Assembly (NCBI GenBank): GCA_963719225.1
Contig: CAVRAY010000001.1
Coordinates: 1,664,001 to 1,728,000 of the forward strand
DNA from: Thermoanaerobaculia bacterium
Lineage (GTDB): Bacteria; Acidobacteriota; Thermoanaerobaculia; UBA5066
Direction of reading: 5' to 3'
Length of the DNA: 64,000 nt
Shown here: positions 29,808 to 38,781 of the stretch, piece by piece
Position numbering within the stretch: position 1 is the first letter of the stretch
How the letters are laid out: every line of letters starts with the position of its first letter
Program-made: the position numbers and the translations under genes
The notes under the pieces: model-generated
Told to the model about the DNA's origin: nothing
The model's input: only the letters and a program-made list of their open reading frames with translations
Databases searched by the model: none

Positions 29808-30509
29808 GTGAGCGGAACCGCGCTGGCCCCGGTCCTGACTTTTCCCCGTGGAATCGGAGACGAAAGGCACGCTCGCCATGACACTTCCGGAAGACAGGCG
29901 GCGGGATCCGTGAGCCTCGACGAACGCGCGGCCAAGAGGGAGCGCGAGGCCAAGATCCTCACGCGCGTCGTCGCGGGGGACGTGGACGCCTTCGAGTATT
30001 TCGTCGTCACGTACCAGAAGCGGATCACGCGCTTCGTCTACACCCTTCTTCGCGATCCGGCCGACGCCGACGGGATCACGCAGGACATCTTCGTGAAGGC
30101 GTTTCGCGCCCTTCCCGAGTTCCAGGGACAATCGGCTTTCGAGACGTGGCTCACGCGCATCGCGATCAACGCCGTGCGCGACCACATCCGCCGCCGGAAG
30201 CCGGTCTTGCACTTCTCGGAGCTGCGGACCGACCCGGACGACGACGGCCCCGAGCTCCCGGCCGGGTTCGATCCGGCCGACGGCACGTCGCCCGAGCGCG
30301 ACCTCCTGTCCCGCGACATCCGCCGCCGGATCGCCGAGGCGCTCGTCTCTCTCTCGCCGCGCCAGCGATCGGTGTTCGTCATGAAACACTACGAAGAAAA
30401 GTCTATCGCCGAGATCGGGGAAGTCACCGGCCTCGACGAGGGCACGATCAAGTCGCACCTTTTTCGCGCAGCCCGCAAGCTGCGCGAGCGCCTGGAGGAC
30501 CTCCGATGA
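29808..30509 (+). CDS. ECF RNA polymerase sigma factor
   Basis: DADGITQDIFVKAF, FETWLTRIAIN, SIAEIGEVTGLDEGTIKSHLFRA. Confidence 0.92.
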   Translation: MSGTALAPVLTFPRGIGDERHARHDTSGRQAAGSVSLDERAAKREREAKILTRVVAGDVDAFEYFVVTYQKRITRFVYTLLRDPADADGITQDIFVKAFRALPEFQGQSAFETWLTRIAINAVRDHIRRRKPVLHFSELRTDPDDDGPELPAGFDPADGTSPERDLLSRDIRRRIAEALVSLSPRQRSVFVMKHYEEKSIAEIGEVTGLDEGTIKSHLFRAARKLRERLEDLR

Positions 30510-31024
30510 ACCCGAGCCGCCACCTCACCCCCGACGAGATCGTCGACCACGTCTTCCCGGTCAACGCCCGCGCCGGCGCCGACTCCGGGCACCTCGCGAC
30601 GTGCGCGGCCTGCCGGGATCGCGTCGCCGCGCTGCACGACGCGTGGCTCCTCGACCGCGGTGCCGTGAGCGGGGCCGTCGACGACCTGCCCTCCGGCTTC
30701 TGGGAGAGTCAGACCGCGGCGACGATGTCGGCCGTACGCGCCCTCCCCGTCCATTCCGCCGTGAACGAGGTCGGCGTCTTCCCGTCGCGGATGCGCGGCA
30801 TCCTGAGGCATCCGGCCCTCGCTTTCTCGAGCCTCGCCGCGGCCTTGCTCCTCGTCGGCGGGCTTTCACTCCTGCGCTCCGGCTCGACGACGCCTCCCGT
30901 GATGACGGCGGCCGCGACTCCTGCCGCCGTGAACGACGCCTCCGACGACGAGCTGCTCGTCTCGGTCGACCGTGCGCTCGAGGACTCTTCGCTCGCTGGC
31001 CTGGTCGTGGAAGAGACGTTGTGA
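30506..31024 (+). CDS. Anti-sigma factor (zinc-binding HxxxCxxC)
   Basis: HLATCAAC plus single TM segment. Confidence 0.8.
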   Translation: MNPSRHLTPDEIVDHVFPVNARAGADSGHLATCAACRDRVAALHDAWLLDRGAVSGAVDDLPSGFWESQTAATMSAVRALPVHSAVNEVGVFPSRMRGILRHPALAFSSLAAALLLVGGLSLLRSGSTTPPVMTAAATPAAVNDASDDELLVSVDRALEDSSLAGLVVEETL

Positions 31025-31590
31025 ACGGCGCGGTGAGGGGCACGGCGAGACGCGCGCCGAAGGGTGTCGCGAGACTTCTCCCGGCAGCCGCGATCGCGTT
31101 CCTCGCCGCGGCGCCTGCGCGCCCCGCCCGTGCCCAGATGCCGGAGGTGCCTCCGGGCAAATGGTGGAAACGTCCGCTCATCGTCCGGATGCTGAATATC
31201 ACGGCCGATCAGCAGGCGAAGCTGGAGGCCATCTTCTCCCGCCATCGGCGCGAGTTCGTGGATCTCAAAGCCGACGTCGAGCGACGTCGGATCGACGTCG
31301 AGGACCTCGTCGCGAAAAAGGACTCGGACGCCCGAAATGTCTCGGAGGCGGTCGATGCGCTGGAGGTGTCCCGGTTCAAGCTGCGCAAGGCGGCCACCAT
31401 GATGTTTCTCGAGCAGAAGGACGTTCTTTCGGCGTCACAGTGGCAGCAGATCCTCGACAAGCGCGACGAGTGGCGCAGGCAGAGGCAGATGGAAAGACGG
31501 GGAGGGAGCCGGCGCGAGCTTTCACCCGACGAGGAAGCCGGGCCGCGCTCCGGCCGCGAACGCCCGCAACCACCTCCGCAAGAGAAGTAG
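31021..31590 (+). CDS. Spy/CpxP-like periplasmic protein
   Basis: Signal peptide; LNITADQQ and VLSASQW (LTxxQ-like) motifs. Confidence 0.75.
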   Translation: MNGAVRGTARRAPKGVARLLPAAAIAFLAAAPARPARAQMPEVPPGKWWKRPLIVRMLNITADQQAKLEAIFSRHRREFVDLKADVERRRIDVEDLVAKKDSDARNVSEAVDALEVSRFKLRKAATMMFLEQKDVLSASQWQQILDKRDEWRRQRQMERRGGSRRELSPDEEAGPRSGRERPQPPPQEK

Positions 31591-31592
31591 CC

Positions 31593-32453
31593 TCAAGGCG
31601 CGGGGGCGCCGAGAGCCTTCGGCGCTCCGCCCCGCCCGCGGGCCGCCGCGAGCGCGAAGAGCGCGAGAAGGCCCGGCAGGGCCAGGAAGACCGCGTAGGG
31701 GATGCGAGATCCGCCGGCCTGAAGGCGGTACTGGAGAGCCGTCGCGCCGGCGACGAGGAGGGCGCCGGGCACGAGGCGCAGCGGTTTCCAGCGTGCGAAG
31801 ACGACGAGGGCCAGCGCCAGGAATCCGCGTCCGGCGGTCACACCTTCCACGAACGTCGGAGAGACGGTGAGCACGAGGAGACCGCCGCCTGAAGCGCCGA
31901 GCGCTCCCGCCGCGACCGAGGCGGCGGTCCGCACGGCGACGACGGAGCCGCCCGTCGCCGCGAGAGCGAGAGGGTTGTCGCCCGCGGCCGCCAGCGCGAG
32001 GCCCGGACGCGTCCGTGCGAGGAACGCCTGCAGGACGAGCGGAGCGAGAAAAGCGGCAAAGACGGCCGCCGGCAGGCCGAACGCGAGGGGCGGCAGAGTC
32101 CCGACCTCGAGAATCGAGCCGGTCGCACCGGCGAGGAGTCGGTAGCAGAACGCCGTCAGGCCCGCCGCGACGAGATTCCACGCGGTGCCCACGAGGATCG
32201 GGTCCGCCCGCCCCGCGACGGCGAACAGGGCGAATGCGGCCCCGGCGAAAAGGCCCGCAGCGGCGGCGGCGAGCAGCGCGAGGTGAGGACCGGCTCCGGA
32301 GCGTGCCGCGGCGAAAGCCGTGAACGCCCCGACGAGCATCGTGCCCTCGAGCCCGATCTGGATCGACCCCGCGCGCTCCAGCAGGAGCTCGCCCGCCGCC
32401 GCGAGGAGGAGCGGCGCGGCGAGGAGCAGCGCGACGCCGAGAAAGCCGCTCAT
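31593..32453 (-). CDS. Nucleoside/sugar ABC permease
   Basis: ERAGSIQIGLEG, GRGFLALALV. Confidence 0.9.
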   Translation of the reverse strand: MSGFLGVALLLAAPLLLAAAGELLLERAGSIQIGLEGTMLVGAFTAFAAARSGAGPHLALLAAAAAGLFAGAAFALFAVAGRADPILVGTAWNLVAAGLTAFCYRLLAGATGSILEVGTLPPLAFGLPAAVFAAFLAPLVLQAFLARTRPGLALAAAGDNPLALAATGGSVVAVRTAASVAAGALGASGGGLLVLTVSPTFVEGVTAGRGFLALALVVFARWKPLRLVPGALLVAGATALQYRLQAGGSRIPYAVFLALPGLLALFALAAARGRGGAPKALGAPAP

Positions 32454-33472
32454 GCCGTCTTCCGCGAAAGGCGCGCCCGCGCCGCGAGGACCGCGAGGAC
32501 GAGGACGCCCGGCACGATCGTGGCGAGCGCCCCCGGCACCCCCGTGTCGCGCTGCATCGCGGAAGAGCCGGCGCCGAGCGCCGCGAAAAGGAGCGCCGAA
32601 GCCGCGGCCGCGAGCGGGTGAGATCCTCCGAGCAGGGCCGCGGCGATGCCGGTGTAGCCGGCGCCCTCGGCGAAGGGATCGTAGAGACGGCCCGTCACCG
32701 CCAGCACCTCGAGGCCTCCCGCGAGGCCGGCGAGCGCGCCGGAGCCCGCGAAGGCGAGGAGCCGAAGGCGGGCGTGGGGAAGGCCGATCGCCCTGGCGGC
32801 TGCCGGGGCGCAGCCCGTCGCGCGCAGCTTCAGGCCCAGCGGCGTCCGCTCGAGGAGGAGCGTTGCGAGGATCGCGAGCGCAAGGGCGATGAGGATCGCG
32901 GCCGTCACGCGGGCGCCGGCGGCGAGGGGTGGGAGGCGCACGGCGTCCGGGAGCGCGCGGCTCTGCGGGTAATCGCCGCCCGGATCCTGCAGCGCGCCGC
33001 GCACGAGACCGCTCACGGCCGCGACGGCGACGAGGTTGAGGAGGATCGTCGACAGCACCTCCGGGACTCCGCGCCGTGCCTCGAGGTACGCGGCCGGGAG
33101 GACCCAGAGCGCGCCCGCGAGCGCCGCCGCTGCGAGGAGTCCGACGCGCGCGGCCAAAGGGCTTCCGTCGAGAAGAGGCCCGATGGCCGCCGAGGCCGCG
33201 GCTCCCGCGAGGAATTGTCCCTCCAGCCCGATGTTCAGGACGCCGGCGCGGAAGGCGAGGCTCGCGCCGACCGCCGTGAGGATGAGCGCGGACGCCCGCG
33301 CGAGCGTCTCACCGAGCGCCGCCCGGGAACCCGCCGCGCCTTCGACGAGGGCACGGAGCGCGTCGAGAGGCGACGCCCCCGCGAGGAGAGCGAGGCCGAC
33401 GAGCGCAGCCGCGGCCGCCGAGACGACGACGGCCACGACCGCGAGACGACGGGCGGTCGAGTTCCGGCTCAT
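32450..33472 (-). CDS. Nucleoside/sugar ABC permease
   Basis: RAGVLNIGLEGQ, EVLSTILLN. Confidence 0.9.
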   Translation of the reverse strand: MSRNSTARRLAVVAVVVSAAAAALVGLALLAGASPLDALRALVEGAAGSRAALGETLARASALILTAVGASLAFRAGVLNIGLEGQFLAGAAASAAIGPLLDGSPLAARVGLLAAAALAGALWVLPAAYLEARRGVPEVLSTILLNLVAVAAVSGLVRGALQDPGGDYPQSRALPDAVRLPPLAAGARVTAAILIALALAILATLLLERTPLGLKLRATGCAPAAARAIGLPHARLRLLAFAGSGALAGLAGGLEVLAVTGRLYDPFAEGAGYTGIAAALLGGSHPLAAAASALLFAALGAGSSAMQRDTGVPGALATIVPGVLVLAVLAARARLSRKTA

Positions 33473-35079
33473 CCTTCGAGCCCGGCCATCAGGCGTCCGA
33501 GCTCGGTGGAGGGCGCTGTCCGCTCGAGTACGGCCGAGAGACGGCCTCGGTAGACGACACGAATCGGCGCGCCGAAGAGCTGGGCTTCGTCGGGATCCGC
33601 CGTAACGACGAGCGCCGCCGTCCCCGAGCGGCACGCGTCGAGGATCCGGATCCTGACCGCGGCGGCGGAGGCGACATCGAGGCCCCTCGTCGGATGGACG
33701 GCGAGAAGAACGACGGGCGGATTCGCGAGCTCGCGCGCGAGCACGGCCTTCTGCTGATTCCCGCCGGAGAGAGAGCCGGCCGGGGCTTCGGGAGAAGCGT
33801 AGCGGACGCCGAACGCGCTCAGCCGCTCCTCGGCATGAGCGCGCATCTTCGCGCGGTCGAGGAAGATGCGGCCTGGAGGATTCGGCAGCGAGAGATTCTC
33901 CGAGAGGGGCAGCGCCGCCACGAGCCCCTCGTCGCGCCTGTCCGCGGGCACGAAAGCTCCCCCACAGGCGCGAAACGCGAGCGGATCGCCCGCGGTCGGG
34001 AGCGGTACCCCGCCGATGTCCACGCGTCCCGAGAACGGCTCGAGCCCCGCGATCGCGCGGGCGATGTCGTCGGCGCCGTTTCCGTCGATCGCGAGGAGGA
34101 CGAGGAGCTCGCCGGGAAGAAGAGAGAAAGAAATTCTTTCTGTTCGGACCGCTCGCGCCTGCTCTGGTCCGAAGCCGCTGACTTCGAGGCTTTTGACAGG
34201 GCGTTGCGCGGCGCTTCGCGCCGCGTGCCTAGAAGGGTGAGTCTTGCTGGTGCGCGTCGGTGTGCCGGAGCGCCTCACGAGCGGCACGTCGCCCTCTTCA
34301 CCCTCTAAGAAAATCTTCTCTTTCTCTTCTTCTTTTCTGCTCCCTCCGATTTCCGCGTTTGCGAGCAGAAGGTTCCCGATCTCCTCACGAGTCGTCTCGC
34401 CGATCAGACAGGTCTTCAACGTCCGGCCCCGCGCGAGGAGCGTCAGCCTGTCGGCGCCTGCGAACACTTCGGCGAGCCGGTGCGTGATGACGACGACGGC
34501 GGCACCGACCTCAGTGCGCTTTCGCAGCGCGGAAAAGAGGGCTGCCGTCTCGTCGGGAGAGAGGACCGCCGTCGGCTCGTCGAGGATCAGGACGTCCGGG
34601 TTGCCGGCGAGGGCGCCCGCGATCTCGATGCGCTGGCGGGTCCCGACGGGCAGCGATTCGGCGCGGGCATCCGCGTCGCCCAGCTCGAGAGCGAACGCCT
34701 GTGCGAGGCGGCCGACGCGCGCGCGCCGCGACCCAGCGGATTCGAAGAATGGCGCCGCGGAATCGAGAAAAGCGAGGTTGTCGGCGACGCTCGCGGCCCC
34801 GATCAGTAGATCGTGCTGCGGCACCAGAACGAGCCCGGCACGGCGGGCGTCGCGCGCGCCGCGAAACGACACCGGGGTCCCCCCTCGCAGGATCTCGCCT
34901 GAATCGGCCGCGAGCCTCCCCGCGGCGATCGACACGAGCGTGGATTTTCCCGCGCCGTTCTCGCCGAGGAGGGCGTGGATCTCTCCGGGAAAGACGACGA
35001 GATCTGCTTCGGAAAGAGCCTGTGTATCGCCGAAGCGCTTCGAGATGCGGCGGAGCTCGAGAGCCGCTCTTCTCGTCAG
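33469..35079 (-). CDS. ABC ATP-binding protein, two NBDs (start approximate)
   Basis: GENGAGKS, LILDEPT, LSGGNQQK, PTRGLD; expanded linker. Confidence 0.9.
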   Translation of the reverse strand: MTRRAALELRRISKRFGDTQALSEADLVVFPGEIHALLGENGAGKSTLVSIAAGRLAADSGEILRGGTPVSFRGARDARRAGLVLVPQHDLLIGAASVADNLAFLDSAAPFFESAGSRRARVGRLAQAFALELGDADARAESLPVGTRQRIEIAGALAGNPDVLILDEPTAVLSPDETAALFSALRKRTEVGAAVVVITHRLAEVFAGADRLTLLARGRTLKTCLIGETTREEIGNLLLANAEIGGSRKEEEKEKIFLEGEEGDVPLVRRSGTPTRTSKTHPSRHAARSAAQRPVKSLEVSGFGPEQARAVRTERISFSLLPGELLVLLAIDGNGADDIARAIAGLEPFSGRVDIGGVPLPTAGDPLAFRACGGAFVPADRRDEGLVAALPLSENLSLPNPPGRIFLDRAKMRAHAEERLSAFGVRYASPEAPAGSLSGGNQQKAVLARELANPPVVLLAVHPTRGLDVASAAAVRIRILDACRSGTAALVVTADPDEAQLFGAPIRVVYRGRLSAVLERTAPSTELGRLMAGLEG

Positions 35080-36053
35080 AAATTCCCCCGTGGCACGACG
35101 AGGGCTCCTGCCTTGATCCTCTCTCCCGTCGTTTTCGCCTCTTCGACGACCGGAGGCGGGACCCTTGCGAGCGCGGCCGGATTCCACACGAACGAGATCA
35201 CGCCGCTCGAAAGGCCGTAGCGCAGAGGTTGGCCGTCGAACTTCCCGTCCCTGGCGCGGCGCGCAGTCTCGACGAACGCGCGCGGCATGTCGATGACGGC
35301 CGACGCGAGGACGGCCGGGGAGAGAGCGTTCTGGTCCTTGTTAGTGCCGAAGGCCCAGATCGTCCGTTCTTCGGCCCCCTTGAAGACGCCGAGCGCCGCG
35401 GCATCCGCGTTCTGGAAGAGGAAGTCGCACCCCCTGTCCGCGAGCGCGAGCGTGGCGGCCTTCGCCCCCGCGACGTCCTCGAAGGAGCCCGTGAAGACGG
35501 GCTGTGTGCTCCCGCCGGGACGTCCCGCCCGAAAGCCCGCCTCGAAAGCGAGGAACGTGGACTTGATCGAAGGAAGCTCCACGCCGCCGACCATTCCGGC
35601 CTTGCCGGACTTCGTCATTCGGCCCGCCACGAGGCCGCACAGATATGCGGCCTGTTCCAGCTCGAAGACGATGGGCGCGAGGTTCGGTCCCGTCCGCGAG
35701 CCGGAGGTCGTCACGAAGATCGTCTTCGGGTATTCCTTCGCCACGCGCGCCGCAGCGTCCTGGAACTCGAACCCGTGGCCGAACACGAGGCGCGTGTCCT
35801 TCGCCGCGTAGGCGCGGAACTGCTCCTCGAACTCCGAAGGCGATTTCACCTGCACGTGGGAGATGGAGGCTCCCAGCTCTTTCTCGATCGCCTTGAGGCC
35901 GTCGTAGGCGCCGGCGTTCCAGCCGGCGTCCGAAATGGGTCCGGGCGTCAGAAGCGCGACGCTGAATCCGGCGGGACGGGCAGGCGTTTCGTTCCTGCCG
36001 CAGGAGACGAAGAGGAGGGCGGCGGCCGCCGGGAGGAGGGCGCGACGCTTCAT
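35076..36053 (-). CDS. BMP family substrate-binding lipoprotein
   Basis: Lipobox FVS-C; ISDAGWN, GHGFEF. Confidence 0.9.
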   Translation of the reverse strand: MKRRALLPAAAALLFVSCGRNETPARPAGFSVALLTPGPISDAGWNAGAYDGLKAIEKELGASISHVQVKSPSEFEEQFRAYAAKDTRLVFGHGFEFQDAAARVAKEYPKTIFVTTSGSRTGPNLAPIVFELEQAAYLCGLVAGRMTKSGKAGMVGGVELPSIKSTFLAFEAGFRAGRPGGSTQPVFTGSFEDVAGAKAATLALADRGCDFLFQNADAAALGVFKGAEERTIWAFGTNKDQNALSPAVLASAVIDMPRAFVETARRARDGKFDGQPLRYGLSSGVISFVWNPAALARVPPPVVEEAKTTGERIKAGALVVPRGNF

Positions 36054-36088
36054 GTCTCGATTATGCCGTCGCGACCTATCATCGAAAG

Positions 36089-36694
36089 ATGACTTTCGAC
36101 CTCGACGCGACGGCTCGAGAGCGCATCCGCGACTTCGTGAGGCCCCTCTCCGTCGGTCTCGACGGCGTCACGAACTTCGGCTACGTGGAGAGAAGACTGA
36201 GGATTTCGGAGAGGTTCTTAGAAGGTGAAGAAGGGGAGGGAGGCGCTGCGGGCGGCCTGCGGGCCGACCCGAACCGCCTGTTCCTTCTCGCCGCGTTTGC
36301 CGGCCTCCCGTCAGTGCGCCGCATCACCCACGATAGCCGCGAAGAGCTGCTCCTGCGCTCCCTTCACATTCCATTCGAGGAAATCACCTCTCTTTCTCTT
36401 TCTCTTTCCAACCTCGAGTCTTCGCCCGAATCGCCCGAGGAGAAGATCGTCCACGACGCGATGCTCCTCGAGTCCGTGGGCGCATATGGAGTCACCCAGC
36501 TCCTCGTCGCGGGCGCGCGCGAACGGATGACGCTGGCCGAGATGGCGCGGGAGATCCTGGAGAAGATGGAGTCGGCCGTCTTCACGACCGCGGCCGCCCG
36601 GGGCCTGGCGGCCGATCGAGTCGCCTTCGCGACGCTCTTCGCGCGGAAGCTCGCCGAGGAGGCAGCGGAATTCGAGGCCGTCGCGCCGAGGTGA
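36089..36694 (+). CDS. HD-fold-like hypothetical protein (degenerate)
   Basis: EEKIVHDAMLLESVGAYGV resembles the HD-domain C-terminal motif; the HD pair itself is absent. Confidence 0.55.
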   Translation: MTFDLDATARERIRDFVRPLSVGLDGVTNFGYVERRLRISERFLEGEEGEGGAAGGLRADPNRLFLLAAFAGLPSVRRITHDSREELLLRSLHIPFEEITSLSLSLSNLESSPESPEEKIVHDAMLLESVGAYGVTQLLVAGARERMTLAEMAREILEKMESAVFTTAAARGLAADRVAFATLFARKLAEEAAEFEAVAPR

Positions 36695-37104
36695 CTCCGG
36701 CGCCGTCATACGGATCGGCCCGAAAAGCCACTCAGAGGCGAAGCGCAGCCCGAGTAGGCGACGAAGACCTCCGGCGGCTCTTCGCGGAGAGGCGGGTGTC
36801 GGACGAAAAGGAGGCGCCGCCGTTCCGAGGGCTCCTCGAGAGCCAACGGTCCGGCGCCCGCCCGGCGCGGAGAGTCGTGCCGAGGCTGGTCGTCGCGGCC
36901 GCGGCGATCTTCGTGGTCGCCCTCTCGCTGGCGCTGTTTTCCCGAAGGCCGCGGCCCGACATCGACATCGGGGAATGGAAGGCGCCGACGGATTTCCTCC
37001 TCGAAGCCTCCTACCCGGACCTTTTCGACACGACGCCGCCGCTCCTGGAAGCGGTTCCGGACTACGCCCCCCTCCTGAAGACCGAGAAAGGAAGCACGTC
37101 ATGA
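36691..37104 (+). CDS. Anti-sigma-like single-TM protein
   Basis: DLRRLF...PPF, TM segment, WKAPTDFLL. Confidence 0.5.
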   Translation: MTPAPSYGSARKATQRRSAARVGDEDLRRLFAERRVSDEKEAPPFRGLLESQRSGARPARRVVPRLVVAAAAIFVVALSLALFSRRPRPDIDIGEWKAPTDFLLEASYPDLFDTTPPLLEAVPDYAPLLKTEKGSTS

Positions 37105-37411
37105 GAATCAGCACGAAGGTCGCAGTGGTCACGACGCGCAGCGCCAGAGCATCCGTGCAGAGCTCCAGAAGACTCAGCCGAAGTTCCTGGACCTTCAGCT
37201 CGACATCCAGGCTGAGGTGGAGAAGATGACGCAGCTCCTCCAGGAAAAGCCCGTGGAAGAGGCAAAGGTCATGGCCCAGCTCGACCGCGTTCTCACGATC
37301 GAGAATCAGGCGAAGAAGACGCAGATCGCTCTACTCGTGAGGATCAAGAATCTCCTGACGCCCGGGCAGCAGACGAAGATGAGCGCCCTGCAGAAGGGCG
37401 AAGGAAGGTGA
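37101..37411 (+). pseudogene. Spy/CpxP-like gene with internal deletion/frameshift
   Basis: MRISTKVAVV joined out of frame to DAQRQSIRAELQKTQ...LLTPGQQ. Confidence 0.6.
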
Positions 37412-37414
37412 CGC

Positions 37415-38215
37415 TCAGTCTCCTTTGATCGATCGTCCCGCGTCGACCGAAACGACCTGGCCCGTCATGGAACGATTCTCGAGCACGGCGATGGCGATCT
37501 CCATGAGGTCTTTGACGTCGACTTTTCGCTCGAGAGGCGTCCTGGCGACGAGAGCGGCGACGGTTTCTTCCGGCATGTCGTCCGGGGGCATCACGATGCC
37601 CGGGGCGATCCCGTTCACGCGCACGTCCGGTCCGAGCGCGACGGCGAGGTTCCCGACGAGGACGTTGATCGCGGCCTTCGCGGCTACGTGCGGGATATGC
37701 GAGGGCCAGGCCTGCGTTGCCGCCACGTCGGAGACGAGGAGGATCGACCCCTGCGCCGCGCGAAGCGCCGGCGCCGCGGCCTGAGCCAGGAAGAACGCCG
37801 CGCGGGGGCCGGCGCGAAAGACGGCCTCCCAGTCGGAGAGCGTCACCGAAGAAAAGGGCTTCGGAATCCAGGGCGACGCGGCGTGGACGAGAGCGTCGAG
37901 GCGGGGAGAAGAGGGATGAAGAAGCGAAGGCGAAGAGGAAGAAAAAAGAGACGAAGAGAAGATTTCTTCGAATAGTTTGAGGGGCGCGTCGTCGGCGGCG
38001 AGATCGGCTCGGAACGCTTCGGCGCGGGCTCCCTCTTCCTTTCTAAGAAAATCTACTGCGCGACCTGCCGCGTCGGCATCGCTTCTGTAGGAAAGAGCCA
38101 GCGAATAGCCGCTTCTCGCGAGCGCCTTCGCGAACTCGAACCCGAGCCGCTTCGCGCCGCCCGTCACGAGGGCGACCCTCTCGACGGTCTTCGCTTCCCT
38201 CTTCGTGTCCCTCAC
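37415..38215 (-). CDS. SDR oxidoreductase (pteridine reductase/FolM-like)
   Basis: ALVTGGAKRLG, VRVNGIAPG. Confidence 0.85.
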   Translation of the reverse strand: MRDTKREAKTVERVALVTGGAKRLGFEFAKALARSGYSLALSYRSDADAAGRAVDFLRKEEGARAEAFRADLAADDAPLKLFEEIFSSSLFSSSSPSLLHPSSPRLDALVHAASPWIPKPFSSVTLSDWEAVFRAGPRAAFFLAQAAAPALRAAQGSILLVSDVAATQAWPSHIPHVAAKAAINVLVGNLAVALGPDVRVNGIAPGIVMPPDDMPEETVAALVARTPLERKVDVKDLMEIAIAVLENRSMTGQVVSVDAGRSIKGD

Positions 38216-38727
38216 GGCGCCGCGGCCTCGCTCCCCGGCGGGACGACCGTGGCGGCTTCGTCCATGAGCTGGTTCGTCTCGGCCATGGCCACGACCTCCC
38301 GGCCGAAGGCCAGAACGTGGAGGGCCACGCAGAAGACGGCCGCGACCAGGTGCAGAGAGGCGGGTGTATTTCCCGTGTGCGCGGTCACGCCGAGGAGGCC
38401 GGTGGCCAGAGCGGACAGCGGAGCGAAGGTGCAGAGGGCGGATGTCCTGATCTTGAACGCTCTGACCCGGCCCAGGATGAAATCCCGGCCGGCCGGATCC
38501 GGACGCTTCGCGGCGGCTTCCTTGAGGAGCTTTCCCGTGCCAATGAAGAAGAAGAGGACCATCGACTGGGTGAACAGGGAGAAGAGCACCGTCGGAATCG
38601 CGACCGCGATGTGGGGCGCGGCGGTGACCGACCCACCGAGGGCATGCGAGAGCGCCCAACCCGAGACCGCCGACAGAATGAGCCCGACCAGGGTGAAAAT
38701 CGACAGGAGTGTGAGCGCCAGAGCCAC
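38212..38727 (-). CDS. Membrane protein
   Basis: About four hydrophobic segments. Confidence 0.7.
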   Translation of the reverse strand: MALALTLLSIFTLVGLILSAVSGWALSHALGGSVTAAPHIAVAIPTVLFSLFTQSMVLFFFIGTGKLLKEAAAKRPDPAGRDFILGRVRAFKIRTSALCTFAPLSALATGLLGVTAHTGNTPASLHLVAAVFCVALHVLAFGREVVAMAETNQLMDEAATVVPPGSEAAAP

Positions 38728-38781
38728 GGCGTCCCACTATAATCCGTTCGGTTTGCGCACAGTGCGCCGGGAGGCTGCTTC

